DNA from: Candidatus Eiseniibacteriota bacterium
GTDB lineage: Bacteria > Eisenbacteria > RBG-16-71-46 > JABDJR01
Direction: 5' to 3'
Assembly (NCBI GenBank): GCA_963783375.1
Contig: CAWANH010000028.1
Location: forward strand, 32,001 to 96,000
DNA: 64,000 nucleotides
Position numbers and translations under genes: made by a program. This document shows positions 61,514-64,000 of this stretch, in pieces. Each line of letters begins with the position of its first letter. Position 1 is the first letter of the stretch. The notes below the pieces were generated by a model that worked only from the letters and a program-made list of their open reading frames with translations, ran no database searches and was not told the origin of the DNA.

Positions 61514-61912
61514 ATGTTGCAAGGCACGCGGCGCATCGCCGCGGCGACTGTCCTGGCCTCGGTCCTGGTCCTCCTCTGGACCTCGGCCGAGGCCCGGACG
61601 CAGCCCGCGGATCTATCCCGAGAATCCCTCTTTCCCTTTACGATCCTCGCCCTTCCCGGGGACCCCTTCGCTCACGCCCAGCCCGTTCTCGGCCACGACG
61701 CAGCCGATGAAGCCGCCCCCGCCGCCTCCCGGGGCCGGTTCCGCGCTCCCGCCCCCGATTCCACCGAAGGGGCGCCGGAAGCCGGTAGCTCCGGCACGGG
61801 ACACACCACCGCCCGGCCGGCCGCCGGCTGGACGGGCGCGCTCGATCCCATCCTCTCCAAATCCCCCCGGTCATTCCTGTTCCCCTTCGGAGCCCCGCCG
61901 GACGCCGGTTGA
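61514..61912 (+). CDS. hypothetical exported low-complexity protein
   Basis: Signal-peptide-like MLQGTRRIAAATVLASVLVLLWTSAEA; Pro/Ala-rich remainder. Confidence 0.4.
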   Translation: MLQGTRRIAAATVLASVLVLLWTSAEARTQPADLSRESLFPFTILALPGDPFAHAQPVLGHDAADEAAPAASRGRFRAPAPDSTEGAPEAGSSGTGHTTARPAAGWTGALDPILSKSPRSFLFPFGAPPDAG

Positions 61913-62167
61913 AAGTCTGTTTCCCCCTTCCTGAATCAAGGCGTCGCGAGTCCTTCCTGAACGATTGAGCGACGCCTGGCGCGCAACCAAGCGACGGGGC
62001 CTCGGGTCAAACGGCGTGTGGGCCGGGAGCCGATTCGGCGCCCGTCATCGTGAAACCCGGGCCACCTCTCCCCCGTAGGTGAAGGCACGGGGGGGTCGAC
62101 TTCCACATCGGCCGGCGACGGCCGCCGTGCTCCCCAACGAAACCGCCCTCTCGAGAGGAAGAGAATC

Positions 62168-63364
62168 ATGAAGCTCAAGAGCCGTCGGTTCGCCATTCTG
62201 GCCCTCGCCGCCGTCGTTCTCCTCGGCGGCGCATTCGTCGTCGCCCAGCGCATGAACGGGAAGACCGATGTGGCCCTGGCCGCGACCGATTCCACCGCGG
62301 TCGCGGATGCGGGGAAGAAGGACAAGAAGGGCGACAAGAAGGACGAGGAGAAGCCGGTTCCGGTGGAGACGGTGCTGACCACGGCACGGGACCTTCCCTC
62401 CACCTTCAGCGCCACCGGATCCCTGGAGGCGCGGCGCCAGGTCGACATCGTCTCCAAGGCCCAGGGGCAGCTGGTGAAGCTGAACGTCGAGGAGGGCGAC
62501 CGGGTTGCCGCCGGGCAGGTCCTTCTCGAACTGGATCATCGCGAGGAGGAGATCCGCCTCAAGGAATCCGCGGTCCAGGCGGAGACGGCGCGCCGGGAGA
62601 TGGAGCGCCTGCAGGGGCTCCGCGACCGGGGACTGGGCTCCGATCGCGACTTCGAGCAGGCCCAGAAGAACGCCGAGGTGGCCCGCTTCGAGAGCGAGCT
62701 GGCCCAGGTGGACCTCGACAACAAGATCGTGAAGGCCCCGTTCTCCGGGCTCGTGAGCACCCGGTCGGTCCAGCTCGGGCAGACCGTGAACCCGGGGGAG
62801 AAGCTGGTCGGCCTGGCCGACGTCTCGCCCATGGAGATCAAGCTCTACCTCCCCGAGCAGGTGGTTCGGAAGCTCGGAACCGATCAGCCGGTGGAGATCC
62901 GTCCCGACGTGGCCCCCGACCAGGTTCTGACCGGGGACGTGGAGCGGATCGCCCCCACCGTCGACCCCTCCACCTCGACGGTGAAGGTGACGCTCAAGGT
63001 CCGGGAATCGGGGGGGACGGCCCGGGTCGGGAGCTTCGTGCGCGCCCGGATCACCACCGACGTCCACCGCGGCGCGGCATCGGTGCCCAAGAAGGCCCTG
63101 GTTCCCGAGGCGGGCGCGACCTATCTCTTCGTGGCCGAGGCCGACACCGTGCGCAAGGTCCCGGTGACCACCGGCTACGCCGACGATGAGTTCGTGGAGA
63201 TCACCGGCGGGGTGGACCTTGGAGACCGTGTGGTGACGGTGGGCCAGGGCGGGCTCCGCCAGGGAAGCAGGATCCGCGACCTCGCGAACGAACCCGAGCG
63301 GGCCAAGTCCGGGACCGGCAAGACCGAGCCCAAGGTGGACACCGCCCGGGCGGAGAACCGCTGA
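62168..63364 (+). CDS. RND efflux periplasmic adaptor (MFP) subunit
   Basis: TGSLEARRQVDI, VEEGDRVAAGQVL, IVKAPFSG, PTVDPST, VPKKAL. Confidence 0.93.
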   Translation: MKLKSRRFAILALAAVVLLGGAFVVAQRMNGKTDVALAATDSTAVADAGKKDKKGDKKDEEKPVPVETVLTTARDLPSTFSATGSLEARRQVDIVSKAQGQLVKLNVEEGDRVAAGQVLLELDHREEEIRLKESAVQAETARREMERLQGLRDRGLGSDRDFEQAQKNAEVARFESELAQVDLDNKIVKAPFSGLVSTRSVQLGQTVNPGEKLVGLADVSPMEIKLYLPEQVVRKLGTDQPVEIRPDVAPDQVLTGDVERIAPTVDPSTSTVKVTLKVRESGGTARVGSFVRARITTDVHRGAASVPKKALVPEAGATYLFVAEADTVRKVPVTTGYADDEFVEITGGVDLGDRVVTVGQGGLRQGSRIRDLANEPERAKSGTGKTEPKVDTARAENR

Positions 63365-63366
63365 CC

Positions 63367-64000
63367 GTGCGCCCCCTCATCCAATACGCGGTCGAGCACC
63401 GGGTGACCATGCTGATGGTCACCGCGGCCGCGGTGCTCTTCGGGGTGGTGTCGTTGGGGCGGCTCCCGGTGCAGCTGCTCCCCGACATCAGCTATCCCAC
63501 CCTCACCGTGCAGACCGAGTTTCCGGACTCCGCCCCCAGCGAGGTGGAGAACCTCATCACCCGTCCCCTGGAAGAGGCGGCGGGCGTGGTGCCGGGGCTC
63601 CGGCGTCTGAGCTCCACCAGCGAAGCCGGGGTGAGCGAGATCCGGCTGGAGTTCGGGTGGGGCACCGACATGGACTTCGCCGCGCTCGACGTGCGGGAGA
63701 AGCTCGACCTGGTGAATCTCCCCGACGAGGCCAAGACCCCGGCATTGCTTCGCTACGACCCCGCCCTGGACCCGGTGGTGCGGCTGGGGATCTCCGGCGG
63801 GGAGAATCCCATTCAGCTCCGCTACCTGGCCGAGCAGGTGGTGAAGAAGGAGCTGGAGTCGATGGGGGGCGTGGCCGCGGCCAAGGTGGTGGGCGGGCTC
63901 ACCGAAGAGATCCACGTGGACGTGGACGAGCACCGGTTGGCCGCCCTGGGACTTCCCATCAGCTCGGTCACCCAGGTGGTGGGATCGGAGAACGTGAACG
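63367..64000 (+). CDS. RND efflux permease (AcrB family), truncated by the window end
   Basis: Read manually from GTG at 63367: AVEHRVT...LPVQLLPDISYPTLTV...APSEVENLITRPLEE...STSEAGVSEIRLEF. Confidence 0.92.
   Translation, partial: MRPLIQYAVEHRVTMLMVTAAAVLFGVVSLGRLPVQLLPDISYPTLTVQTEFPDSAPSEVENLITRPLEEAAGVVPGLRRLSSTSEAGVSEIRLEFGWGTDMDFAALDVREKLDLVNLPDEAKTPALLRYDPALDPVVRLGISGGENPIQLRYLAEQVVKKELESMGGVAAAKVVGGLTEEIHVDVDEHRLAALGLPISSVTQVVGSENVN

Overview
GC-rich bacterial chromosomal window with about 47 genes. The FlgD-Ig/T9SS-like C-terminal domains and a C-terminal 'STWGRIK' motif suggest an FCB-group candidate phylum such as Ca. Eisenbacteria or Krumholzibacteriota (inference). Content: a YtrA/GntR-ABC export operon, two GT-C glycosyltransferases, MATE and APC transporters, a glycerate kinase/dehydrogenase pair, mscL/mscS, a fused LeuD-LeuC-type aconitase-family enzyme, a class A PBP, trpS, a CheB/CheR-histidine kinase with a NarL-type regulator, and an ECF sigma/anti-sigma/RND locus. 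Main finding: the ORF track splits two exported thioredoxin-TPR genes (30117..31328 and 42277..43650) at an in-frame TGA. In both, the TGA sits exactly at the first Cys of the CxxC motif (W-U-G-S-C, W-U-H-T-C) and is followed by a similarly placed SECIS-like hairpin. These are probably two extracytoplasmic selenoproteins, one of them a lipoprotein. Also notable: a divergent DUF692/MNIO enzyme with a coupled partner gene and no visible precursor peptide, a candidate structured ncRNA, and several leaderless promoters. Seven single-base frameshifts, mostly in or next to G/C runs, are probably long-read assembly errors.
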